The notes below the pieces were generated by a model. It saw only the letters and a program-made list of their open reading frames with translations, was not told the origin of the DNA and did no database searches. The translations under genes and the position numbers were made by a program. This document shows positions 9,352 through 19,843 of a stretch of 27,181 nucleotides of DNA, in pieces (position 1 is the first letter of the stretch; the number at the start of each line of letters is the position of its first letter). Source of the stretch: Octopus sinensis (Eukaryota); assembly GCF_006345805.1 (NCBI RefSeq), contig NW_021833379.1, forward strand, positions 1-27,181, in the 5' to 3' direction.

Positions 9352-12025
9352 CATCATCATCATCATCGTCGTTTAGCGTCCGTTTTCCATGCTAGCATGG
9401 GTTGGACGGTTTTACTGGGGTCTGTGAAGCCAGAAGGCTGCGCAGGCCCAGTCAAATCTGGCAGTGTTTCTACGGCTGGATGCCCTTCCTAACGCCAACC
9501 ACTCTGTGAGTGTAGTGGGTGCTTTTTACGTGCCACCCGCACAGGTGCCAGACAGAGCTGGCAAACGGCCACGAACGGGTGGTGCTTTTTATGTGCCACC
9601 GGCACAAGGGCCAGGCGAGGCTCGCAACGGACACGAAACTGGGCGGTGCTGGCAACGGTCGCGAAACGGAAGGTTCTCTTACATGCCACCGGCACTGGTA
9701 ACACATCTGTAATTTCCATTGATCGATTTCCATTCTGATCCTCACTTGCCTCAACGGGTCTTCACAAGTAGAGTATCGACATGCCACCGGCACTGGTAAC
9801 ACATCTGCAATTTCCATTGATCGATTTCGATTCTGATCCTCACTTGCCTCAACAAGTCTTCACAAGTAGAGTTTTGTGTCCCAAGAAGGGAAGGTATGCA
9901 TACATAGGCTGGCTCCATCCCAAGTAGAAGGCCACGGGTTATGGACTCACTTGTCCTGCCGGGTCTTCTCGCGCACAGCACACTTCCAGAGGACTCGGTC
10001 TCTAGTCATTTCCTCAGTGAGACCTAAAGTTCGAAGGTCGTGCTTCACCACCTCGTCCCAGGTTTTCCTGGGTCTGCCTCTTCCACAGGTTCCCTCAACC
10101 GCTAGGGTGTGGCACTTTTTCACACAACTATCTTCATCCATTCTCGCCACATGACTATACCAGTGCAATCGTCTCTCTTGCACACCACAACTGATGCTTC
10201 TTAGGTCCAGCTTTTCTCTCAAGGTACTTACACTCTGTCGATTATGAACACTGACATTACACATCCATCGGAGCATACTGGCTTCATTTCTTGCGAGCTT
10301 ACGCATATCCTCAGCAGTCACGGCCCATGTTTCACTGCCATGTAGCATGGCTGTTCGTACACACGCATCATACAGTCTGCCTTTCACTCTGTGCGAGAGG
10401 CCTTTTGTCACCAGCAGAGGTAAGAGCTCTCTGAACTTTGCCCAAGCTATTCTTACTCTAGCAGTTACACTTTCAGCACACCCGCCCCCGCTGCTGACTT
10501 GGTCACCTAGGTAACGGAAACTATCAACTATTTCTAGTTTTTCTCCCTGGAAAGTGACGGAAGTTGGTCTCAGAGCATTTTCAGTGTTTATTGTTCCTGA
10601 GCATCTGCCACATACAAAAACCATCTTCCTAGTTAGCCTTCCTTTGACATTGCTGCATCTCTTATGTGTCCATAGCTTACACTTGGTGCATCTTATAGAG
10701 TTTCTACCTACACCTTTTCTACAGATCGAGCAGGGCCATCTACCTGAAGGCATTTGTGATTTGTCTACCTTCCTACTGATTACGACTTTGGTTTTAGCTA
10801 GATTGACTCTGAGGCCCTTCGATTCTAATCCTTGTTTCCACACCTGAAACTTCTCCAGTTCTGATAGCGATTCAGCAATTAGAGCAAGGTCATCAGCATA
10901 GAGGAGCTCCCAAGGGCATCCTGTCTTGAATTCCTCCGTTATTGCCTGGAGGACTATGATAAATAGGAGGGGGCTGAGTACTGAGCCTTGGTGGACCCCT
11001 ACCTCTACCCGGAATTCTTCACTGTACTCGTTTCCAACCCTCACCCTACTAGCAGTGTCCCTATACATGGCCCGCACAGCTCTCACTAACCATTCATCTA
11101 TCCCTAGTTTCCTCATTGCCCACCAGATAAGGGATCGGGGGACCCTGTCGAAGGCTTTCTCCATGTCAACAAAAGCCAGGTACAGGGGCTTATCTTTGGC
11201 TAGGTATTTCTCCTGCAGCTGCCTTACCAGGAATATAGCATCAGTAGTACTTTTCCCTGGCACGAACCCAAACTGCATCTCATCTAAACTAACTCTCTCT
11301 CTAATTAGTTGGGCTATGACCCTCTCCGTAACCTTCATCACCTGATCCAACAGCTTGATACCTCTGTAGTTATTTGTATCTAGGGCGTCACCTTTACCTT
11401 TGTAGCAGTTGACTATTATGCTGCTACACCAGTCATTGGGTATGACTCCTTTGTGTATCACCTGATTAACTATGGGTGACTAGGCTATAGCCGACGCTAC
11501 CAGACATTTTGAGCATCTCTGCAGTGATTCCTGATGGGCCTGGGGCTTTTCCTGTCTTCATGCTTCTAATTGCCTTAGCTACCACGGAACTATCAACTCG
11601 GATAGCTGGTCCCTCTGTTGGGTCAACATTCGGCAGACTCTCTTTATCCCATTCATTTTCTTTATTCAGCAAACTTTCATAGTGGCATCTCCAAACCTCT
11701 CTCTTTGCATCCTCATTTAGCGCAAGTGAACCATCTTCCATGCGAACACACTTCTCTCCTACCACATCACGATTCTCTCTCACACACTGTCTTACAACGC
11801 GAAACACCTCCAGTCTTTGGTCCTCACGGCGCAGAACATTTGCAAATTTTTTCTTATCTGCTTCCCCTCTGGCTAAATAAACCTGTCTCTTAGCTTCTCT
11901 TTTGGCAGTCTGATACAATTCCCTGCTACCCCCATTTTTCCAGACCTTGCAAGCCTGTCTCTTTTCTCTAATAGCCCTGTCTACAATATTGTTCCACCAC
12001 CACGTTATTCTAGGTCGAGAGGGGA
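9352..12025 (-). mobile_element. 5'-truncated RTE-clade LINE, copy 1
   Basis: ORFs 11466..11918 and 9947..11461 are separated by a 2-bp deletion relative to copy 2. Motifs: KAPGPSG, NYRGIKLL, QFGF, FVDMEKAFDRV, GVHQGSVLSPLLF, LYADDL, FRYLG, MLHGSETW, GRGRPRKTW. The 3' UTR runs 9946-9352 and ends in (GAT)n. Confidence 0.93.
9947..11461 (-). pseudogene. RTE reverse transcriptase ORF (504 aa, N-terminally broken) with an internal PHD-type zinc finger
   Basis: RT motifs as above; C-x2-C-x10-C-x2-C-x4-H-x2-C-x14-C-x2-C at 10601-10732, between YADD and YLG. Confidence 0.9.
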
Positions 12026-12131
12026 ATATATATATATATAATATATTATATATATATATATTATATATATATATATATTATATATATACATACATACATA
12101 TATACACCACATATATATACATATATATATA
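12026..12131. repeat. (TA)n/(TACA)n microsatellite between the two RTE copies
   Basis: Direct reading. Confidence 0.9.
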
Positions 12132-14733
12132 CATCATCATCATCATCGTTCAGTGTCCGCTTTCCATGCTGGCATGGGTTGGACGGTGCAACTGGGGTCT
12201 GGGAAGCCAGGAGGCTGCATCAGGCCCAGTCTGATCTGGCGGTGTTTCTACAGCTGGATGCCCTTCCTAACACCAACAACTCCGTGAGTGCAGTGGGTGC
12301 TTTTTACGTGCCACCTGCACAGGTGCCATACAAGTCTGACAAACAGCCAAGGTCGGATGGTGCTTTTTACATGCCACCGGCACGGAGGCCAGTCGAGGAT
12401 GGCAAACGGCCACGATCGGATGCTTCTCTTATGTGCCACCAGCACTGAATCACAGTGACAATTTCCATTCATGTTGATCGATTTTGATTTTTGATTTTCT
12501 CTTGCCTCAACAGGTCTTCACAAGTAGGGTTTTGTGTCCCATGAAGGAAAGGTATGCATAAGTGGACTGAAGCCATGGGTGATGGTCTCACTTGTCCTGC
12601 CGGGTCTTCTCGCACACAGCATACTTCCAAAGGTCTCGGTCTCTGATCATTTCCTCGGGGAGACCTAAAGTTCGAAGGTCGTGCTTCACCACCTCATCCC
12701 AGGTCTTCCTGGGTCTGCCTCTTCCACAGATTCCCTCAACAGCTAGGGTGTGACACTTTTTCACACAACTATCTTCATCCATTCTCGCCACATGGCTATA
12801 CCAGTGCAAACGTCTCTCTTGCACACCGCAACTGATGCTTCTTAGGTCCAGCTTTTCTCTCAAGGTACTTACACTCTGTCGATTATGAACACTGACATTA
12901 CACATCCATCGGAGCATACTGGCTTCATTTCTTGCGAGCTTACGCATATCCTCAGCAGTCACGGCCCATGTTTCACTGCCTTGTAGCATGGCTGTTTGTA
13001 CACATGCGTCATACAGTCTGCCTTTTACTCTGAGCTAGAGGCCTTTTGTCACCAGCAGAGGTAAGAGCTCTCTGAACTTTGCCCAAGCTATTCTTACTCT
13101 AGCAGTTACACTTTCAACACACCCGCCCCCGCTACTGACTTGATCACCTAGGTAACGGAAGCTATCAACTATTTCTAGTTTTTCTCCTTGGAAAGTGACG
13201 GAAGTTGGTCTCAGAGCATTTTCAGTGTTTATTGCTCCTGAGCATCTGCCACATACAAAAACTATCTTCCTGGTTAGCCTTCCCTTGACGCTGCTGCACC
13301 TCTTATGTGTCCATAGCTTACACTTGGTGCATCTTATAGAGTTTCTACCTACACCTTTTCTACAGATCGAGCAGGGCCGTCTACCTGAAGGCATTTGTGA
13401 TTGGTCTACCTTCCTACTTATTAGGGCTTTGGTTTTGGCTAGGTTGATTCTAAGGCCCTTCGATTCTAATCCTTGCTTCCACACCTGAAACTTCTCCTCC
13501 AGTTCTGATAGTGACTCAGCAATTAGAGCAAGATCATCAGCATAGAGGAGCTCCCAGGGGCATCCTGTCTTGAATTCCTCCGTTATTGCCTGGAGGACTA
13601 CGATAAATAGGAAGGGGATGAGGGCTGAACCTTCACTGTACTCGTAGCCAACCCTCACCTTACTAGCAGCGTCCCTGTACATGGCTTGCATAGCTCTCAC
13701 TAACCATTCATCTATCCCTAGTTTCCTCATTGACCACCAGATGAGGGATCAAGGGACCCTGTCGAAAGCTTTCTCCATGTCAACAAAAGCCAGGTACAGG
13801 GGCTTATCTTTGGCTAGGTATTTCTCCTGCAGCTGCCTTGCCAGGAATATAGCATCAGTAGTACTTTTCCCTGGCACGAACCCAAACTGCATCTCATCTA
13901 AACTAACTCTCTCTCTAATTAGTTGGGCTATGACCCTCTCTGTAACTTTCATTACCTGATCCAACAGCTTGATACCTCTGTAGTTATTTGTATCTAGGGC
14001 GTCACCTTTACCTTTGTAGCAGTTGACTAGTATGCTACTACACCAGTCATTGGGTATGACTCCTTTGTGTATCACCTGGTTAACTATACGGGTGACTAGG
14101 TTATAGCCGACACTACCAGATATTTTGAGCATCTCTGCAGTGATTCCTGATGGGCCTGGGGCTTTCCCTGTCTTCATGCTTCTAATTGCCTTAACTACCA
14201 CGGAACTGTCAACTCGGATAGCTGGTCCTTCTGTTGGGTCAACATTCGGCAGACTCTCTTTATCCCATTCATTCTCTTTGTTGAGCAACCTTTCATAGTG
14301 GCATCTCCAAATCGCTCTCTTTGCATCCTCATTTAGCGCAAGTGAACCATCATCCATGCGAACACACTTCTCTCCTACCACATCACGATTCTCTCTCACA
14401 CACTGTCTTGCAACACGAAATACCTCAAGTCTTTGGTCCTCACAGCGCAGAACATTGGTAAATTTTTTATCTGCTTCCCCTCTGGCTAAATAAACCTGCC
14501 TCCTAGCTTCTCTTCTGGCAGTCTGATACACTTCCCTGCTACCACCGTTCTTCCAAGCCTGTCTCTTGTCTCTAATAGTCCTGTCTACAACATTGTTCCA
14601 CCACCACATTATGTTGGGTCGAGAAGGGACTTTGCACCATCCACAGATCTGGTCAGTGGCCCTCAGCAGGTTGTCCCGTAGAAACTTCCACTTGTCTTCT
14701 ACCCCCTGTGAAGCTGTATCCCCTTCTATTTCT
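12132..14733 (-). mobile_element. 5'-truncated RTE-clade LINE, copy 2 (same family)
   Basis: ORFs 13749..14609, 13035..13730 and 12588..12989 are colinear with copy 1. It has stops/frameshifts, a 30-bp in-frame deletion at ~13637 and a PHD finger at 13242-13373. The 3' UTR is 12587-12132. Confidence 0.93.
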
Positions 14734-15075
14734 AGGCCGATATAATGGTTGCTAACCCATGGTGAAGCACTAATCTACCCAACTGAGCAATTTGTGGCCC
14801 TTAATGTTAAAAATATACAAAAATATCTACATTTGGAAAGGCACACACAATGTTTATTTTAGTAAGTTTAAAGTAATTTCTTTTGTGCCATAAACCATTT
14901 ACCATTTCTGTGCCACCCCCCTACTTCCTTTCTTCAGTACCCTAAACATGTTTATTTTGCATAAGGGTTAATCCACCTCTGTGTCTAATAGTGGTGGATC
15001 TCCACTCTGACAATGGTCAATTGGATTATCTGCCCCTGAATTAATGGGCACGTGGCTGAGTATTCCATAGACATG

Positions 15076-15470
15076 CTCTTTACTCTTTTACTTGTTTCAG
15101 TCATTTGACTGCGGCCATGCTGGAGCACCGCCTTTAATCGAGCAACTCGACCCCGGGACTTATTCTTTTTTGTAAGCCCAGTACTTATTCTATCGGTCTC
15201 TTTTGCCAAACCGCTAAGTGACGGGGACGTAAACACACCAGCATCGGTTGTCAAGCAATGCTAGGGGGACAAACACAGACACGCAAATATATATACATAT
15301 ACATATATACGACGGGCTTCTTTCAGTTTCCATCTACTAAATCCACTCACAAGGCTTTGGTCGGGCCGAGGCTATAGTAGAAGACACTTGCCCAAGGTGC
15401 CACGCAGTGGGACTGAACCCGGAACCATGTGGTTGGTTAGCAAGCTACTTACCACACAGCCACTCCTGTG
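15076..15470 (-). mobile_element. tRNA-derived SINE, family A, near full length
   Basis: On the minus strand: head ggcacaggagTGGCTGTGTGGtaag (A box) .. GGTTCAGTCC (B box), body gcaccttgggcaagtgtcttctactatagcctcgg, tail (GTAAAAGA)n. Confidence 0.8.
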
Positions 15471-15619
15471 CCTATATTAACCATGTTAACCATAAATGGA
15501 ATTCTCAGGCACAATCAGTGTGACAAGGATGTAAATTCTTAAATTATTGTTAAAATCCCTCCAAGAAGCTTCAGTACAGTTTCCATGTATTCAATTTTAC
15601 TTACAAGATACAGATCAAC

Positions 15620-15725
15620 CCAAGACCATGGGAAATGACATTTGCCCAACATGCTGCAGAGCAGGATTGAACCAGCGACCATGTGGTTACAATGCAAACT
15701 TCTAAACCAAAAAGCCTTACTCACA
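15620..15725 (-). mobile_element. Degenerate family A SINE head fragment
   Basis: ttgcccaacatgctgcagagcaggattgaaccagcgaccatgtggtt resembles ttgcccaaggtgccacgcagtgggactgaacccggaaccatgtggtt (15388-15434). Confidence 0.55.
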
Positions 15726-15953
15726 GCAAATTGTTTATATTCATAAAATTACTTTTTCTACCAAAGAGAAAAACCAATTTGATTCACAAATATGAAGGAC
15801 TTTATTTAGCACAACTTCAATCTTGACATTCATTCTGTTATTTCTCTGTTTGAATATGTTTCTTTAGAGTTAAGCGAGTTCTTGGAGAGAATGGTTTTTA
15901 CTACAGACATCTCACTGATATGGTTTCTCCCCTCTGTCAATACGTTTATTTAT

Positions 15954-16135
15954 ATTAGGTTGGTGCATAATTATTGCGGCTTTTTTCAACAAAAACGACA
16001 ATATTTAACAAAACCATCATTGAATGAGGGTCTGACCGTCTCCCAAGCAAATGGGAAACAGTAATTGAAGTGGATGGTGAATATGCTCCAGAATAATCAT
16101 TTAAAGATGTCTTTGTTAAATACCTCAGGCCTTGT
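15954..16135 (+). mobile_element. mariner deletion derivative: 5' TIR joined to the transposase C-terminus
   Basis: TATTAGGTTGGTGCATAATTATTGCGG resembles the Hsmar1/MADE1-type TIR. It is followed by a frame reading RLPSKWETVIEVDGEYAPE*, similar to the mariner LPxRWxxVIxxxGEY terminus. A second TIR-like start in the same orientation lies at ~16156-16180. Confidence 0.7.
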
Positions 16136-16202
16136 GCCTATCGTAGAAAGGTTTATATTGGGTTGGTGCATAATTAATTACAGCCACTCCTACGCTTATA
16201 TA

Positions 16203-16830
16203 CATTGAGTATAGTTAACAGAAAAGCATGATAATATTATAACATTTATTGAGATAATGAATTATTTAGCCAGACAAGTGCCATTTCAATGGATAACTTC
16301 AAACACCTTATTAATCATGGGATTTGTCAATTTCTTAATAGTAGCAGGTTGGACTGTCTCTGCTTTGATGGTCACCCATAAGACATCTTTCGATGTAAAT
16401 TGGCATCCATCGGCATAAACATCTTGTTTAATGATGGACCAAAGATTTTCGATGGGGCATTGAAGGAGGCAGTTTCTGGGTTTCTTGCACAGAAGCCATG
16501 GTCCCGAGGATGCGGTTTCTGGTGGTTTTCGGTACATGAGGAAGTCCGGAGGCAGTGAAAATGGCTTTGCTTGTCTGTCCAGGTTTCTCACGTAACTTGT
16601 GGCCAATATTCCTTAAATCCCTAGCTGTCACAGTTTTGGAGGTCCCACAATCGGATCGTTTCTTCCTTGGCGAAGTGTTCTTCAGGAATCGTCTAACCGT
16701 GTCCACATGACGGCCTAACTTCTCCGCAATGACATGAAGAGAGGTGCCTTTAGCACTTTCCTTCATGATGACAGATTTTTCTTCATCATTAAGGCCTTTT
16801 CCACGTCCCATTGTTCTTAGAGAGGAGAAA
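16203..16830 (-). mobile_element. Internally deleted Tc1/Tc3-like transposon
   Basis: ORF 16428..16811 starts MGRGKGL and has paired HTH motifs (IAEKLGRHVDTVRRFL; RKKRSDCG) typical of Tc1/Tc3 N-termini. It jumps directly to PIENLWSIIK..KKLTNPM..VFEVIH (C-terminus, ORF 16286..16606). The DD34E core is missing. Confidence 0.85.
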
Positions 16831-17108
16831 CACGATTAGTGTGGTCCACCCACAAACTGAGGAATCTGAAATAAAAAAGAAAGGACGTTACACAGAATAA
16901 CGAAAACAGGACAATGGTGTGGCTGTTGGGTGCAGACCAGCTGGCAAAAGTCTTATCTGAATCGATTTACAGTAAACTGAGAAATCCTAAATTTCATTCC
17001 TCAGCTATTGGCGTGGTTCTGGGTGAAAACGTTGTCGCAGAAGAACCAACCCATCACTACTGGGCTGGAAAAAGTTTTCAAAATTGCTTTATGAATATTG
17101 AAAGTTAA

Positions 17109-17170
17109 TCGGAGTGGTTGGCGTTAGGAAGGGCATCCAGCCGTAGAAACTCTGCCAGGTCAAGATTGGA
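17109..17170 (+). mobile_element. Short RTE 3' UTR fragment
   Basis: cggagtggttggcgttaggaagggcatccagccgtagaaactctgccag matches the RTE 3' UTR sense strand. Confidence 0.75.
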
Positions 17171-17193
17171 GTACTAGGCTTAAAAAGAAAGAT

Positions 17194-17701
17194 GGTACTA
17201 CTAGCGAACAGTGGTCCCGGTGCGCGCACTCGTGCTGGGTAGTCGTAAGTAGTCGATCCTACAACGTCTTGCGCCTATGTTTGTATTTCAAGGCTGAATA
17301 AATATCAAAGAAAATTAAATAATATTTTTCGAACAGAGTAAATAAAACGCAAAATAAATAATTTTTTAAACGAAGTAAATAAATTATTTTCATAAACAAA
17401 GTTTAGGGTCCCGGTGCGCGCACTCGCACAAGCTAGTCGTAAGTAGTCGATCCTACGACTTTTTAACCCTAACCCTTACCTTAGTTTGTTTTAAAAAATA
17501 ATTTATTTACTTAGTTTAAAAAATTATTTACTTTGTCCGAAAAATATTATTTAATTTTCTTCGATATGTATTCCCGGTGCGCGCATTCGCGCTAGCTAGT
17601 CGTGACTAGTCGATCCTTACTTTGTGTTTTTAGTACTAGTCGCTTGGTCTGGACCCGGTGCGCGCATCCGCTCTAGCCAGTCGGTCCTGCAGCGTAGTAC
17701 C
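17194..17701. mobile_element. Non-autonomous TIR/fold-back element with GGTACTAC termini (Merlin-like terminal motif)
   Basis: GGTACTAC(17194-17201)/GTAGTACC(17694-17701); four direct CpG-rich units (17213, 17407, 17573, 17654); AT-rich inverted arms ~17302-17408/17465-17566. No clean TSD. Confidence 0.6.
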
Positions 17702-18112
17702 GAAGGCTGTAGTAGTGTTGATAATACTACTAATAATAAGGTAAATAATAGAATTCTGTGAACCTCTCGATGCTACAGTAATTATTTTTCCAAGCGGGAA
17801 CCTGACAATAATTAGGAAAATATGTTTGTTCGTCTTAATTAATAATTTCCAGACTGAAATGTTGATTTGTTGTTTATAAAATACTATGACCGACTGATAC
17901 ATGTGATAAAAGGTAAATTAGTTGGGGCAACGTTTCGGTTGTCGACTAGAAACGAAAGATTGCCGCATAGGTGATCTGCCGCATAATTAATTAGTAAATT
18001 GAGAAGAAACCGATTGAAGAATACCACATTAATTAATTCTGTCCCGTTGTTAATGAGGCATTGATAAAACTTTAAGTTGATGAAGATTTACTTTAAGGTT
18101 GCATTAATAATC

Positions 18113-18240
18113 GTAATGATGGTTTCAAATTTTGGCCCAGCTTCAGCAATTTTTTTTAGGGCGAGTGGGAGTCGATTACACGGGCCCCAGAATTTCCTGA
18201 AAGGGATGAACGGCCTCGGCTGTATTTGAACCCAAGACTT
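18113..18240 (-). mobile_element. Degenerate family B SINE fragment
   Basis: agtcgattacac..cccag..gaaagggatgaa..cctcggc..atttgaacc resembles the minus-strand family B SINE at 25320-25412. Confidence 0.5.
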
Positions 18241-18367
18241 ACTGTCGAGATCGACTCTGGGATCCTTTCCGTTTGAACGGCAGTTTTTTAAGATAATTTC
18301 CACGTAACTAAATACTTTTAAACTTCATATACTGGTAGAATGTGTTTATAAAACATATTTTTCTCTT

Positions 18368-18598
18368 GGCGAAATGCTTAGCGGTATGTCGTCTGCCGTG
18401 TGTAGTAATGAAATAGGTATGTCGTCTGCCGTTACGTTGTGAGTTCAAATTCCGCCGAGGTCGACCTTGCCTTTCATCCTTTCGGGGTCGATAAATTAAG
18501 TACCAGTTACGCACTGGGGTCGATGTAATCAATTTAATCCCTTTGTCTGTCCTTGTTTGTCCCCTCTATGTTTAGCCCGTTGTGGGTAGTAAAGAAAT
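18368..18598 (+). mobile_element. tRNA-derived SINE, family B, containing a multimer junction
   Basis: B box GAGTTCAAATTCC; conserved central block GGTCGACYTTGCCTTTCATCCTTTCGGGGTCGATAAATTAAGTACCAG; internal ..GAAATAG|GTATGTCG junction at ~18416. Confidence 0.85.
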
Positions 18599-19278
18599 AA
18601 TATGTGTATATATATATGTAAAATGGCGGCCGTCTATGAAGACGTGTTTTTTTACGCTCCTAGAAAACCTCAAAGAAATTTCTCAGTTGCTGCTATTTCT
18701 AGCAGAAAAAAAGAAACTTACAAAGCCCTGAATGCCTTCCTGGTTGATAAATAATACACTTGAAGAAATATATATCGAAATATATTAAATAGGAAGGAAT
18801 CTTTTCCGAACTTACGAAGTATAAACATAACAAACAACAACAACAAGAGACGGATTTTACGAAATTTCTAAAAAAAACTGCGATTTTCGATGGGAAAAGA
18901 AGCAAAATTCCGAAAGTGAATAAATGCCGAGTGAAGCAGAAGAGAAGAGTTAAAGAAAAGCCATTTGTAATTTATGGAAAAGGAAAAAAACAGAAATAGT
19001 AAACGGTTTTCTGGTATCGAGCAGCTTTGAGTATTAGAATGAGCTGAGCACTGCCTGGGAAAGACTGGATGAGTATCTCTGAGCATTTTCTATCATTTAT
19101 TGAAAGCTTTTATTAGTGGAAAACAGAAAGTTCAATCTACACAAGACCTTTCCTCCGTGGTTTTTGCTATTCACTCAGGAGATAATTTTTGTTGTAGAGA
19201 GGTTTAACTTTCATTATTCCTAATTTAACAGTATTTCGTTGCTCCAGAAGGGCCCTATATTTATTCATTCATTTATTT

Positions 19279-19646
19279 ACTAGTAGCATAGCCCGGCGTT
19301 GCCCGGGTATGTAAGAGCCCCTAGTAGGCAACGACTAATCCCAATCTAGTCCTTTCCCTCTAGGGAACGGAGGCGCATGTGGTAGGTTGCAATGTCTTCT
19401 CTTCGAGTTGCGTCCCCTAGACAGTCTGTGGTTTGTCTTTCTGATTCTCGACCCCATGTCGAATTTATGGATTTTTTTCAGAACTGGGGGAACTTTTCAA
19501 AATTTTCGCTGCATTAGTTTTGAATTATGACATTGGGCTATGTGTGTGTCAAGTTTCATCAGAATCGGTTGAAAGCCGTGGTCAGGGTGAGGGTACAACC
19601 TGACAGACACACAGACAGACAAACTGCCGTTTATATAGAGAGAGAT
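19279..19646 (+). mobile_element. Non-autonomous Helitron/Helentron-like element
   Basis: 5' ACTAG..CCCGGCGTTGCCCGGG hairpin; 3' (CAGA)n..TTTATATAGAGAGAT. Same termini as 3500-3859. Confidence 0.65.
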
Positions 19647-19843
19647 TCCCCTATTCAAGTGAATTTCTTTCCAAGAGTTTGCAAGACTTCTCTCCACCAC
19701 ACCATCGTTTAGTCGATTCTCTTCCTCTCTCTCTCTCTCTAAATATGTAGACACAAACTCTCTCTCTCTCCTTCTTCTCCTTCTCCATTTCTCTAATTCA
19801 CTCAATCACACCTTTTTTCTTTGTTTCTCTCCCTAATTCTGAA

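Noticed and set aside
9455-9520. Twister ribozyme upstream of the GGTTGGCGTTAGGAAGGGCATCC motif
   Set aside because: A similar motif follows twister ribozymes in some RTE elements as I recall, but the twister core (UAA..GC..GUCCCAAGC..GAGGG) is absent here.
10554-11893. Plus-strand ORFs overlapping the RTE RT (also 13195, 13681, and minus-strand ORFs within the CR1)
   Set aside because: Antisense shadows of the RT coding frame with no independent motifs.
15868-15922. Possible host exon (pyrimidine tract + TTTAG, open frame VKRVLGENGFYYRHLTDM)
   Set aside because: The donor is weak (GTTTCT), the peptide is unrecognised and no partner exons were found. It would need RNA-seq support.
17465-17479. 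Interstitial telomere or chromosome fusion site
   Set aside because: Only about two imperfect TAACCC units, embedded in a transposon-like element.
17851-17910. Possible exon bounded by TTTCCAG and AG|GTAAAT
   Set aside because: Stop codons occur in all three frames.
17925-17965. Minus-strand hammerhead suggested by AACGTTTCGG (GAAAC on the reverse strand)
   Set aside because: No CTGANGA core or stem I partner at the required position.
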